A stretch of 64,000 nt of DNA from an uncultured Actinomycetes bacterium (GTDB lineage Bacteria > Actinomycetota > Thermoleophilia > RBG-16-64-13), in contig CAVPLM010000003.1 of NCBI GenBank assembly GCA_963706025.1, positions 32,001 to 96,000 on the forward strand, in the 5' to 3' direction. Position numbers and translations under genes: made by a program. A model generated the notes under the pieces. That model saw nothing but the letters and a program-made list of their open reading frames with translations, had not been told where the DNA came from and did not search any database. Of this stretch, positions 52,466-62,377 are shown in pieces (within the stretch, counting starts at the first letter, position 1; each line of letters begins with the position of its first letter).

Positions 52466-53566
52466 CTAGCTTTCTTCTTCGCGCAGGGTCTCGTCGATGG
52501 TCTGAACGATCTCGCCGTCGACCTCGGTCGGAGCCGGCAGCTTGACGCCTGCGTCCTCCGGGTCCCGTCCCAACAGCGCCGATTCGCCCGTCATCATGGC
52601 ATCGAAGGCTTTGGCCTTCAGACGGCTCCGGGTCTCCTCGATGCGACCCCGCATGGCTTCGTAGTCCACGCCCAATCCTTCCGCCCCCGCCGGGGGATAT
52701 TCCTCCGCCTCAACCACGCTGGGGAAGTCAGAATCGCCCACCGTGGACGCCGTCGATCCCTGGATCTCCGACGCGGGTCCTTCCTCTGCTGAAGGCTCGA
52801 CCGCCAATGCCTCGCCGATTACCGGCTCGAATCCAGACGTCGCGGCAGCTTCCGCGCCCGCCACGCCGCTCCCGACGATGAAAGGCTGCTCGAGCTCACG
52901 CCGGATGCGACGGCGCGTCTCTTCGATACGAGCCTTGAGATCGTCCGCCAGAGTGACAATAGGAGCGGCTTCGATCTCCACCAGCTCGGCCTCCGGCTCC
53001 TCGGCCTCCGGCTCCTCGACCGCCGGCTCCTCGACCGGGGGCTCCGCGACCGCCGGCTCCCCTAACTCCACCTCTTCGATGGCCGCAGCCTCGACGTCCG
53101 GTTCCACCTCAGGTTCCACCGCAGGGATCTCCGCCCACACAGGTATACCTTCAGCGTCCAGGGGTTCTACCTCCACTGAGGCGTAGGGTTCCATCTCCGC
53201 GGGCATAGGGGGCATCATCTCTTCCAGGGCTTCTTCCTCCCCAGGGGTCGCGGATGGTTCCCAACCGGCGCCAGGTAGCGGCTCTTCTAGCAGCTCCGGG
53301 GCGGCAAAGACCTCCGCTTCGGTCGCAAGACCGGCCGCGGCGAAGTCGTACTCGGAGGCTTCGGCCGTCCACGGCACCGTCTCGGCGACCTCACCCCCAA
53401 AGCTCGGGGACACCGTCGCGCCCTGCGGGGAGACCGGCTGCGAGGAAGGCGACCAGAGGTCTTTCCAGTCCTTCCGCGCGTTCTTCTGAAAGAACAGAAA
53501 CCCCAGGGCGACTCCCAGAGCGACTCCCAGTAGGGTTCCCTCAAGGAATCTTGTCGTACTGCGCAT
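52466..53566 (-). CDS. Acidic low-complexity membrane-anchored hypothetical protein
   Basis: N-terminal TM (LLGVALGVALGFLFF), Glu/Pro/Ala-rich body, two RIEETR helices. Confidence 0.7.
   Translation of the reverse strand: MRSTTRFLEGTLLGVALGVALGFLFFQKNARKDWKDLWSPSSQPVSPQGATVSPSFGGEVAETVPWTAEASEYDFAAAGLATEAEVFAAPELLEEPLPGAGWEPSATPGEEEALEEMMPPMPAEMEPYASVEVEPLDAEGIPVWAEIPAVEPEVEPDVEAAAIEEVELGEPAVAEPPVEEPAVEEPEAEEPEAELVEIEAAPIVTLADDLKARIEETRRRIRRELEQPFIVGSGVAGAEAAATSGFEPVIGEALAVEPSAEEGPASEIQGSTASTVGDSDFPSVVEAEEYPPAGAEGLGVDYEAMRGRIEETRSRLKAKAFDAMMTGESALLGRDPEDAGVKLPAPTEVDGEIVQTIDETLREEES
52985..53060. repeat. Degenerate 15-bp coding tandem repeat (EEPAV/EEPEA units)
   Basis: GGCTCCTCG-based units at a 15-nt period. 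Confidence 0.7.
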
Positions 53567-53734
53567 CGCGATTCCCCTCCTTGTTACCTGTCGATCTCCG
53601 CCGGCTCTGCTCGACCAGGTCAATTCTAATCCGAGTCACCACTTCTCGCCCGCTGCCCGCTTTCCTTGTATCCCGGCTTCGAATCGAGGCGATGGTCTTC
53701 TATCGGCCCCGGATGGCGGAAGCTTGACCCAGAC

Positions 53735-55144
53735 TCAGCCTTCGTGGCCTTCAGGCATACCCCGACGCAATGCCCTCATCTTCTCCAAGAAATCCCGAAT
53801 TCGAGCTTCATCACCATTGCCGGTGGGGCGATAGAACTCTCTATCCTGAAGGTTCTCGGGCAGATATCGCTGGGCGACGTAACCCCCACTCTCGTGGGGA
53901 TACTCATATCCTACTCCATGGCCGAGGCTTCTGGCCCCCGTGTATCCCGTGCTCCGCAAGACCACTGGAGGATACTGAGCTCCGTGCTGTTCCACCTCCT
54001 GCAGAGCCGCTTCGACCCCCGCATAGGACGCATTGGATTTGGGGGCGCAACTGAGGTATGTCACCCCCTGAGCGAGGTTGATGCGGCACTCGGGCAGGCC
54101 TACGAACTCCACCGCACGCGACACCGCTACCGCTAGTTCCAAGGCCCGGGGATCTGCATTGCCCACGTCCTCGGACGCGAAGACGACCAGACGGCGGGCG
54201 ATGAACTTCGGGTCCTCACCGCCGGTGAGCATCACCGCCAGGTAGTAGAGAGCCGCATCCGGGTCGGAACCACGCAGGCTCTTGATGAAGGCGGAGATGA
54301 CATCGTAGTGGGCATCGGCTCCTTTGTCGTACAGCACCAGCTTGCGCTGGGCGGCGGCCTGGACCACGGCCTCGTCCACCCGCTCCTTGCCGGTCGAGCG
54401 GGCAAGAACCAATGAACGCTCCAGGATGGTGAAGGCCCGCCGCGCGTCGCCCAGCGCGGAGTCGGCGATCAGGTCGAGCACCGGCCCCTCCACGGCCGGA
54501 ATGCTCCCGGCTTCGCCGGGGAGATCGGTGGTCGTCGCGGTCGCGCCCGCGGTAGCCGCGGCCCCGCCGGCCGCCGGGCCGGCAGGACCGAGAAGAGCCC
54601 TGTCCAAGAGCGTCCGGATCTCGGCGCTCCGTAACGGCCGGAACTCGAAAAGCTCGCAGCGGGAGATGAGCGCCGGGATGACCTCGAAATAGGGATTCTC
54701 AGTAGAAGCCCCGATGAGGGAGATGATGCCGTCTTCGACCGCGTGTAGCAGTGCGTCCTGCTGAGCCTTGGAGAAGCGGTGGATCTCATCGATGAAGAGC
54801 AAGGTCCGCCGTTTGCTCTGAGCCCGCCGGTGCCGGGCCCGCTCGATGACCTTACGCACCTCGCCGACACCGGAGCTGACCGCCGAAAGCTCCTCATAGA
54901 CCGAGCCCGTCTGGGTAGCGACCAGCCGGGCCACCGTGGTCTTACCGGTGCCGGGAGGGCCGAAGAAGACCATGGAGCCGACCGTACCCGTCTCGATCGC
55001 TACCCGCAGGGGAGCGCCCGGCCCAAGAAGATGCGCCTGCCCGACGACGTCATCGAGACGCTGCGGCCGCATGCGCGCCGCCAGCGGCGCGTTCTCGGAG
55101 AGGTCGGCCTCCAGAGCGGCGCTGAAAAGATCTGCTTCCTCCAT
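53735..55144 (-). CDS. rarA: Replication-associated recombination protein A (MgsA/RarA)
   Basis: PLAARMRP, GPPGTGKTT, FIDEIHRF, STENPYF, SAFIKSLRGSDPDA, ASEDVGNADP. Confidence 0.96.
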   Translation of the reverse strand: MEEADLFSAALEADLSENAPLAARMRPQRLDDVVGQAHLLGPGAPLRVAIETGTVGSMVFFGPPGTGKTTVARLVATQTGSVYEELSAVSSGVGEVRKVIERARHRRAQSKRRTLLFIDEIHRFSKAQQDALLHAVEDGIISLIGASTENPYFEVIPALISRCELFEFRPLRSAEIRTLLDRALLGPAGPAAGGAAATAGATATTTDLPGEAGSIPAVEGPVLDLIADSALGDARRAFTILERSLVLARSTGKERVDEAVVQAAAQRKLVLYDKGADAHYDVISAFIKSLRGSDPDAALYYLAVMLTGGEDPKFIARRLVVFASEDVGNADPRALELAVAVSRAVEFVGLPECRINLAQGVTYLSCAPKSNASYAGVEAALQEVEQHGAQYPPVVLRSTGYTGARSLGHGVGYEYPHESGGYVAQRYLPENLQDREFYRPTGNGDEARIRDFLEKMRALRRGMPEGHEG

Positions 55145-55297
55145 ATTCTGGATTCTAGCAGTGCTCGACCGTCGAGCGGGCCCTCAAGAGAAGCCCCCGG
55201 ATGTGCGCCCCGACCGCGTAGCACCTGCGATGGAGTCGGCCCCTTACCGAGAGACGGCATCATTGGTTAGAATTACCCGGAAAATCGCTCGTGAGAG

Positions 55298-55810
55298 GTG
55301 AGCTTGCCCCGTCAGGTGCTGGTCCTGAATTCGACCTATGAGCCGGTTAATGTATGCTCGACCCGGCGGGCGGTCGTGCTCTTGCTCAAGGAAAAGGCGG
55401 AAGTCCTGGAGGCGGGCAAAGGTCTCATCCGGTCGGAGAGAGCGACGCTCGTCGCCCCGGTGGTGATCCGTCTCCGCTCCTATGTGCGCCTACCCCGGGC
55501 CGACAACCGCCGGCTCTCAAGGCGGACCATCCTCGCTCGAGACGGTTTCCGCTGCCAGTACTGCGGCAGCACTCGCCATCTGACCATCGACCACGTCGTC
55601 CCCCGCAGCCGGGGCGGCCCGAACTCGTGGGAGAACGTGGTCACTTCGTGCGCTCCGTGCAACGTCCGCAAGGGGGCCTGCTTGCCTTCGGAAGTCGGGA
55701 TGTCGCCCTCGCGGAAGCCGCGCCCACCTATGCCCGGCGATTTCGTGCTGGCTTCGAACCGCACCGTACCCGATGCCTGGCTGCCCTACCTGGAGTTCGC
55801 CGTGGCTTAG
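55298..55810 (+). CDS. HNH endonuclease (McrA/HNH_5 type)
   Basis: VLVLNSTYEP, RDGFRCQYCG, TIDHVVPRSRGG, WENVVTSCAPCNVRKG. Confidence 0.92.
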   Translation: MSLPRQVLVLNSTYEPVNVCSTRRAVVLLLKEKAEVLEAGKGLIRSERATLVAPVVIRLRSYVRLPRADNRRLSRRTILARDGFRCQYCGSTRHLTIDHVVPRSRGGPNSWENVVTSCAPCNVRKGACLPSEVGMSPSRKPRPPMPGDFVLASNRTVPDAWLPYLEFAVA

Positions 55811-55867
55811 AACTCGTTTGGCGGGGCGCCCCTTGGCCGGCCGGCCTCACAACCCGCCGTCCCGCTC

Positions 55868-56845
55868 CTACTCGGATACCTGGAAGCTTCCCATCCTCAA
55901 GTACTTGGCGCGCCTCAGACGCAGCCTCTCTGCTGGATCCAGGCGCTCCAACTCGCCCAGAGCCAGCTGCACTTCACGCATGACCCGTTTTGCCGTCACC
56001 CGATGATCGAGATGGGCGCCGCCGGTGGGTTCGGGGATGACCTGATCGATGAGGCCGAGCTCCAGCAGGTCGCGCGCGTTGAGCCGCAGGGCTTCCGCCG
56101 CCCGGGGCGCCTCGGCCGCGTCGCGCCACACGAGCGCGGCACATCCTTCCGGAGAGATGACCGAGTACACCGAGTTCTCCAGCATCAGTACCCGGTCGGC
56201 GACGGCCAGAGCCAGAGCCCCACCCGAACCGCCCTCTCCGATCACCACGGTCACCGTGGGGACGGCAAGATTGGCGAAAGCCTCGATGCTCTTGGCGATG
56301 GCCCCCGCCTGCCCGCCCTCCTCCGCATCCTTGCCGGGATAAGCCCCGCCAGTGTCCACGAGAGTCACCACCGGTAGCCCGAACTTCTCGGCCAGTCGGG
56401 CCAAGCGCACCGCCTTGCGATAGCCCTCGGGTCGGGCCATGCCGAAGCTGCGTTCCTGCCTCTCTTGCAGGCTGTGTCCCTTCTGGTGACCGATGAGCAC
56501 GATGCGCCGCGACCCCAGTGTGCCCAGGCCGCCTACCACCGCCTTGTCATCGCCGCGCAGCCGGTCTCCCCGAAGCTCCAAAAAGTCCGGGATGCTTTGG
56601 GCCACGTAGTCCAGGGTCTGCGGACGTTCCTGGTGCCTGGCGATCTGGACCGTGTTCCAGGCGGCCTTCGAACCATCGCGAGCCTTGAGCGCTTCCAGGC
56701 GGTCTTGGATCTTCTTGATCTCCTCCGAATAGGTCGCCCTCTGCATGGCCGGGAGGTTGCGCAACTCCTGCAGGCGCTGCAACAGGCTCGGCGCCTCATC
56801 CGAGGATTGCTTCTTCGCGCTGGACGGCTTGTCGGGCTCAGCCAC
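55868..56845 (-). CDS. accA: Acetyl-CoA carboxylase carboxyltransferase alpha
   Basis: ARHQERP, GHQKG, FGMARPEGYRKA, GEGGSGGALA, YSVISPEGCA. Confidence 0.95.
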   Translation of the reverse strand: MAEPDKPSSAKKQSSDEAPSLLQRLQELRNLPAMQRATYSEEIKKIQDRLEALKARDGSKAAWNTVQIARHQERPQTLDYVAQSIPDFLELRGDRLRGDDKAVVGGLGTLGSRRIVLIGHQKGHSLQERQERSFGMARPEGYRKAVRLARLAEKFGLPVVTLVDTGGAYPGKDAEEGGQAGAIAKSIEAFANLAVPTVTVVIGEGGSGGALALAVADRVLMLENSVYSVISPEGCAALVWRDAAEAPRAAEALRLNARDLLELGLIDQVIPEPTGGAHLDHRVTAKRVMREVQLALGELERLDPAERLRLRRAKYLRMGSFQVSE

Positions 56846-57687
56846 TAGATCCGCCCTTCCCCAACAGCGTCAGCAAGCGCGTTAGGACTCCTTTTAGCTG
56901 CCGCCGGTCCACCACCAGATCGACCTGGCCGTGAGCAAGCTGCGACTCCGACGAGCCGAACCCGGGAGGAAGCTTCTCTCGCGTCGTCTGCTCGATGACC
57001 CGAGCCCCCGCGAAGCTCATGACAGCTCCCGGCTCGGCGATGATGACGTCGGCCACCGTCGAGAAGCTTGCGAACACTCCGCCGGTGGTGGGATGGGTGA
57101 GGATGGTGATGTAGGGGAGCCGGGCCTCGTTCAACATCTGCACCGCCACCACCGTCTTGGCCATCTGCATCAACGAGAGCAGCCCCTCTTGCATACGGGC
57201 TCCACCGGAAGCGGCTACCACGACCAACGGCATCTCCCGTTCTACCGCGGTGTTGGCCAGCCGGCAGAAACGTTCCCCCACTACCGAGCCCATCGACCCG
57301 CCCATAAAATGGAAATCCAGCACTCCCAGCGCGGCCGGATGGCTGCCTATCTCGCACAGCACGGCCAGCATGGCCTCCGTCAATCCCGTCGCCCGTTGCG
57401 CCTCGGAGACGCGCTCCGTATACGGACTTCAGATCGAAGAACTCCAGGGGATCGCCGGGGCGCAACTCCTCCGCCACGATCTGGACGGTCCCTTCGTCCG
57501 CAAGCTGGGCAACGCGGGCAGGAGCGCGCAGGGGATAGTGGTAGCCGCAGTGTGGGCAGACGTTCATCGAACGTTCCAGCTCCCCCTCTCCCAGAGGGGA
57601 CGAGCACTTCTTGCAGCGCTCCCCCTCCTCGACCAATGGGGCTGGAGCCTCCGTCCTGGTGACCTGTACTGTTACGTACTTAGCCAT
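56838..57687 (-). CDS. accD: Acetyl-CoA carboxylase carboxyltransferase beta (+1 insertion near 57424)
   Basis: Zn finger CKKC...CPHC; FMGGSMGSVVGE, SGGARMQEG, PTTGGVFAS, FAGARVIEQT. Confidence 0.93.
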
Positions 57688-58942
57688 GCCAGCGGCGGAA
57701 CACTATGGCGGCGTTGTGCCCGCCAAACCCGAAGCTGTTCGATATGGCCACTTCCACCTCTGCGTCCCGGGCTACGTTGGGAACGTAGTCGAGGTCACAA
57801 AGAGCATCAGGGTACTCCAGATTGATCGTGGGGGGAATCCTGCCGGCCTCCATGGCCAGTACTGTCGCCGCGGCTTCCAGCCCGCCCGCGGCACCCAGAC
57901 AGTGGCCGAAGATGCTCTTGTTCGAACTGACCATCACCTGGGCGGCTCGTTCACCCAGGGCCAGTCTGATGGCCTTGGTCTCCATGATGTCGCCGAGAGG
58001 CGTGGAGGTCCCGTGTGCATTCACATAGTCGACCTCGGACGGATCGACGCCGGCATCGCGAAGGGCCCTGCTCATGGCCATAGCGGCCGGCTCCCCGGTC
58101 TCGTCGGGCTCGGTGAGGTGGAACGCGTCGCCGCTCATCCCGTATCCGACTATCTCGGCATAGATGTGGGCCCCGCGCTTGAGAGCATGTCCCAGCTCTT
58201 CGAGTACCAGGACTCCGCTTCCCTCGCCCATCACGAAACCGTCGCGCTGGGCGTCGAACGGCCGGCTGGCTCTCTCCGGCTCGTCGTTGCGGGTGGAGAG
58301 GGCGCGCAGAGCAGCAAACGCCGACATGCCCACTTCATTGACCGCCGCTTCGGCTCCGCCCGCCACCATGGCCGTCGCATCGCCGCGCCGGATGACTGCA
58401 AAGGCATCCCCCAGCGCGTTCGTGCCGGCCGCGCAGGCGGTACAAGTGGCGTTGACCGGGCCTTTGAGCCCCAGAAGCATGGAACTGTTCGCGGAGGCCA
58501 TGTTGGGGATCATCATGGGGATGAAGAAGGGGTTCACCCGGGTGGGGCCCTTCTCCAGTAGGACTCCGATCTGCTCGTAGAAGGTGTCGAGCCCGCCCAC
58601 TCCGGAGCCGATGAGCGCTCCGATCGCATACGGATCCTCCGCCACCGCGTAGCCGGAGTCCTCCAGGGCCATCACCGCGGCCGCCGCCCCATACTGGGCG
58701 TAGCGGTCCATGCGCTTGGCCATCTTCCTATCGATGAACTCCAGGGGATCGAAGCCCCGCACTTCCGCGGCGATCCTCACCGGGAAACCGCTGGTATCGA
58801 ACCGTTCGATGAGCCGTACGCCCGATCGTCCGTTCACAAGGCCCTCGAAGAACGGGTCCTTGCCGATACCGAGGGCAGAGACCACACCCACCCCGGTAAC
58901 GACCACACGCCTATACTCGATCGTCCTCGTCGTCTCGAACAT
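57680..58942 (-). CDS. fabF: Beta-ketoacyl-ACP synthase II
   Basis: RRVVVTG, TACAAG, NAHGTST, GHCLGAAG, SNSFGFGGHN. Confidence 0.96.
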   Translation of the reverse strand: MFETTRTIEYRRVVVTGVGVVSALGIGKDPFFEGLVNGRSGVRLIERFDTSGFPVRIAAEVRGFDPLEFIDRKMAKRMDRYAQYGAAAAVMALEDSGYAVAEDPYAIGALIGSGVGGLDTFYEQIGVLLEKGPTRVNPFFIPMMIPNMASANSSMLLGLKGPVNATCTACAAGTNALGDAFAVIRRGDATAMVAGGAEAAVNEVGMSAFAALRALSTRNDEPERASRPFDAQRDGFVMGEGSGVLVLEELGHALKRGAHIYAEIVGYGMSGDAFHLTEPDETGEPAAMAMSRALRDAGVDPSEVDYVNAHGTSTPLGDIMETKAIRLALGERAAQVMVSSNKSIFGHCLGAAGGLEAAATVLAMEAGRIPPTINLEYPDALCDLDYVPNVARDAEVEVAISNSFGFGGHNAAIVFRRWHG

Positions 58943-58963
58943 TTCAGTCACCTCCTCGGGCTA

Positions 58964-59719
58964 CTAGATACCCAGTCCGCCGTCCACCGGAAGCACGGCG
59001 CCGGTGATGAACGAGGCCGAGTCGCCCACCAGGAAGGCCACAGCCGCGGCTACGGCTTCAGGTGTGCCGATCCGACCCATGGGGATCTGGCTGACGATAG
59101 CGTTCCGGGCGGTCTCGTTCAGGGCGGCCGTCATCTCGGTCTCGATGTAGCCCGGGGCAACGGCATTGACGCGCACGTTGCGCGACGCGACCTCCCGAGC
59201 GAGCGACTTCGTCAAGCCTATCAGCCCGGCCTTGGCCGCCGAATAGTTTACCTGCCCGGCATTGCCCCGTCTTCCCACCACGCTGGAGATGCTCACGATA
59301 GAGCCTCGACGCCGCTTAATCATGCCGCGGAGCACGGCTTTGCTCATCAGAAAGGCACCCTTGAGGTTCACGGCGAGTACGGCATCCCAATCAGCTTCGC
59401 TCATGACCAGCGCCAGCCCATCGCGGGTTATCCCGGCATTGTTGACCAGGATGTCCACCGGGCCTAGAGCCGATTCCACCGTGGAGACGGCAGCACGGGC
59501 TTCGTCCTCCTTCGAAATGTCGGCCCTCACGAAGGTCGTAGCCCGACCGGTCGCCTGCTCCACGTCGCGAGCCGTCTCGGCGCCGGTCCCGGCAACATCG
59601 ACGATGGCCACCTTAGCTCCTTGCTCGGCCAGCCGCAGGGCTATGGCGAGCCCGATACCCCTGGCCCCCCCGGTCACCAGCGCCACCTGCCCTTGCAGGG
59701 GTGTGTCTCTCTCTTCCAT
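58964..59719 (-). CDS. fabG: 3-oxoacyl-ACP reductase
   Basis: TGGARGIG, NNAGITRD, GQVNYSAAK, APGYIET. Confidence 0.95.
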   Translation of the reverse strand: MEERDTPLQGQVALVTGGARGIGLAIALRLAEQGAKVAIVDVAGTGAETARDVEQATGRATTFVRADISKEDEARAAVSTVESALGPVDILVNNAGITRDGLALVMSEADWDAVLAVNLKGAFLMSKAVLRGMIKRRRGSIVSISSVVGRRGNAGQVNYSAAKAGLIGLTKSLAREVASRNVRVNAVAPGYIETEMTAALNETARNAIVSQIPMGRIGTPEAVAAAVAFLVGDSASFITGAVLPVDGGLGI

Positions 59720-59720
59720 A

Positions 59721-60749
59721 TCAGCGCTCGTTCCCTCGATCGTTCTTTGCGGAGATCCCCTGTCCGCCCTGGGGAAGGCTGTCGAGCACTTTGTGCAGGC
59801 TTTCGGCGTCTCCGGTCGACGACATGGGCAGATCTCGGGCTATTCGCTTCATCAGCCCCGTTAGCACATTGCCTGGACCCACTTCCAGGCCCCGGTCGGG
59901 AGGGACCTCGTCCTCCAGAACCGCAGCCATACTCTGGCTGAACCGCACCGGTGACATCAGCTGTCGAGCCAGCACTTGCGCCAACTCCTCGGGTTCCGGA
60001 TATCGCACCTCGGTGGTCGAGAAGAACCGGCCGCCGGCCTCAGCGCCGGTGACGCCGCCGCCGGACGGCCCGGAGGTCCCTTCGGCGCCTTCTGCCGCCT
60101 TGAAGACCACCTCGCCTAAGGCCCGCGAAAGAGATTCCGCAGCGCCGGCCATGAACGGGGTGTGGAACGCTCCCGACACCGGCAAGGCCACCACCAGCTT
60201 CGCACCTAGGGATCGGGCCAGCTCACCGGCCGTTTTGACCGACTCCACCGAGCCCGCGATGACTACCTGACCGGGGGAATTGTAGTTCGCCGGCCACACT
60301 TCCGGTAAGGAGGCGCACATCTGCTCGACGACTTCGGTCTCCAGGCCGACGATGGCGGCCATGGTGCTGCGTCGCTCCTCGCTGCACACCTGCATGCCTA
60401 CGCCTCGCGCCTCTACGACCCTCAGAGCGTCGGGGAAAGCCAGTTGGCCCGTGGCCACCAGAGCCGAGTACTCCCCTAGCGAGTGGCCCGCCGCCACGGT
60501 GAAAGAGGCGCCGTTTTCTTCCAGCAGCCTCCACACGGCTACGCTGCAGGTGAGAAGGGTCAATTGGGTGCGGTCGGTGCGCGTGAGCTCCTCCATGGAC
60601 CCGTGCCGGCACACCTCACCGATGTCCCAGCCCAGGACCTCGCCGGCTTCTGCGAACGTCGCCCGGGCGACAGGGTACTCCCACAGGTACTCGGCCATGC
60701 CCGCATACTGACTCCCCTGCCCGGGGAAAAGGATCAGCAACCCTCCCAT
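59721..60749 (-). CDS. fabD: Malonyl-CoA:ACP transacylase
   Basis: FPGQGSQ, GHSLGEY, VSGAFH, EVGPG. Confidence 0.95.
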   Translation of the reverse strand: MGGLLILFPGQGSQYAGMAEYLWEYPVARATFAEAGEVLGWDIGEVCRHGSMEELTRTDRTQLTLLTCSVAVWRLLEENGASFTVAAGHSLGEYSALVATGQLAFPDALRVVEARGVGMQVCSEERRSTMAAIVGLETEVVEQMCASLPEVWPANYNSPGQVVIAGSVESVKTAGELARSLGAKLVVALPVSGAFHTPFMAGAAESLSRALGEVVFKAAEGAEGTSGPSGGGVTGAEAGGRFFSTTEVRYPEPEELAQVLARQLMSPVRFSQSMAAVLEDEVPPDRGLEVGPGNVLTGLMKRIARDLPMSSTGDAESLHKVLDSLPQGGQGISAKNDRGNER

Positions 60750-60750
60750 G

Positions 60751-61827
60751 TCATCTCCTCTCGCCCCATTCGAGAAGGCAGGCCCCCCAGGTGAGTCCCG
60801 CCCCGAAACCCATTAGCAGCACCAGATCGCCCTCACGAAGCCGCCCCTCCGCCCGGGCCTCGTGGAGGCACAACGGGATGGAGGCGCAGGACGTGTTGCC
60901 GTATCTCTGCAGATTCGTGCAGATCTTGTTCCGGGGGATGCCCAGCTTCTTGGACGCCGCTTCGATGATGCGCAGATTGGCCTGATGGGGCACGAAGAGA
61001 TCGACCTCCTCCACGGTCCTGCCGCACCGTTCCAGTACGCGACCGGCCGACCCCACCACCACCCGGGTGGCAAACTTGTATACCTCCCTCCCGTTCATCT
61101 TCATGAAGTGCTGGTGTTCGTCCACCGTCGCATGCGAGGCGGGGAGACGGGAGCCGCCTGCCGGTACCGAGAGGATGTCGATTCCCGACCCGTCGTTGCC
61201 GAGGTCGAAGCCCAGGATACCCCCTTGTGCCGGCGCGGCCGGCGACCCGGTCGCAGGCGCGCGCCCACCTCGTGCGGGGAGAGGGGGCATCGCCGAGACG
61301 ACGGCGGCGCCCGCTCCGTCTCCGAACAGCACGGCGGTGGCCCGTTCGTCCCAATCCAGAATCCTAGAGATGACCTCGGCACCCACCACCAAGACGTTCT
61401 CGTGAAGCCCGCCGGCCACTGCTCCAGCCGCCATGGCCAGCGCGTAGACGAAGCCGGTGCAGCCCGCGGATACGTCAAAGGCGCCGGCGTTGACGCAGCC
61501 GGTCTCAAAGGCGACGCGCGCAGCCGTCGCCGGCATGATCTGATCGGGAGAGACCGTCGCGGTTATCACCAGGTCGACGCTTTCCGGAGAGAGACCCGCA
61601 TCGGCAAGTGCGCGCTCGGCCGCGGGAACGCCGAGATCGGATGAACACAGCCCGGGCTCGGCCACCCTGCGTTCCCTGATGCCGGTCCTCTGCTGAATCC
61701 ATTGGTCCGAGGTGTCAAGAGCGGCGGCCAGATCGTCATTGGTGACGATCTTAGAAGGGAGATGAACGCCCAGACCCGTTATGGTCACAGGTCTACCGAT
61801 CAGCGTAGTCACTCCGCTCCCAAGCAT
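60751..61827 (-). CDS. fabH: Beta-ketoacyl-ACP synthase III
   Basis: RTGIRER, AGCTGF, LFGDGAGA, PHQANLRI, GNTS, GFGAGLTWG. Confidence 0.95.
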   Translation of the reverse strand: MLGSGVTTLIGRPVTITGLGVHLPSKIVTNDDLAAALDTSDQWIQQRTGIRERRVAEPGLCSSDLGVPAAERALADAGLSPESVDLVITATVSPDQIMPATAARVAFETGCVNAGAFDVSAGCTGFVYALAMAAGAVAGGLHENVLVVGAEVISRILDWDERATAVLFGDGAGAAVVSAMPPLPARGGRAPATGSPAAPAQGGILGFDLGNDGSGIDILSVPAGGSRLPASHATVDEHQHFMKMNGREVYKFATRVVVGSAGRVLERCGRTVEEVDLFVPHQANLRIIEAASKKLGIPRNKICTNLQRYGNTSCASIPLCLHEARAEGRLREGDLVLLMGFGAGLTWGACLLEWGERR

Positions 61828-61830
61828 CGA

Positions 61831-62259
61831 CTATGGCTCGACGACCGCGAAGGTGAGGGTGCCACTGCAGGAGAGCTCGGCCCCCACGAAGGCCTTGGCC
61901 TGCCCTCTTCCTATGCTCCCCCGTCGTTGGGCCAAACGTGTCTCCAGCCGAAGAGTCTCGCCGGGGACTACCGGTCGACGAAAGCGCACGTTGTCGACCC
62001 CGGCGAACAGCACGATCTTCCCCCGGGCCTCAGCCGACGATAGAAGAGCGACCGCCCCGGTCTGGGCAAGGGCTTCGAGCTGAAGCACGCCTGGGAAGAC
62101 GGAGTATCCGGGGAAGTGGCCCCTGAACACGTCGTCCGAGGCTAGTATGTCCTTTTCGGCGATTGCATACTCTCCGGGGACCAGCTCCACCACCCGGTCC
62201 AGCAGCAAGAAGGGCTCCCGATGCGGGATTATCGCCTCGATCTGTTTCCTGTCCAGCAA
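61831..62259 (-). CDS. fabZ: 3-hydroxyacyl-ACP dehydratase
   Basis: IPHREPFLLLDR, GHFPG, PGVLQLEALAQ, FRRPVVPG. Confidence 0.95.
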   Translation of the reverse strand: MLDRKQIEAIIPHREPFLLLDRVVELVPGEYAIAEKDILASDDVFRGHFPGYSVFPGVLQLEALAQTGAVALLSSAEARGKIVLFAGVDNVRFRRPVVPGETLRLETRLAQRRGSIGRGQAKAFVGAELSCSGTLTFAVVEP

Positions 62260-62377
62260 TCCGTCACCTGCCGATCGACGATGCGCCTGAGTCCCGGCCG
62301 CGAGGTGCTAGTATTGTCCAGGATGAGTCTGGCCTTTTCAAGGAAACCCTCCTCCCCCGGGAAATAGCCGGCCGCCG

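Noticed and set aside
52985-53060. Periodic repeats as a possible CRISPR array (also 19467-19511 and 4214-4253)
   Set aside because: Short contiguous units without unique spacers, mostly in-frame coding, and no cas genes.
53570-53735. Possible 6S RNA or other ncRNA next to rarA
   Set aside because: I could not find the long irregular hairpin with a central bubble; an Rfam scan would be needed.
55298-55810. HNH nuclease as a mobile or defence element
   Set aside because: Looks like the common stand-alone chromosomal HNH_5 type, with no methyltransferase, intron or integration signature nearby.
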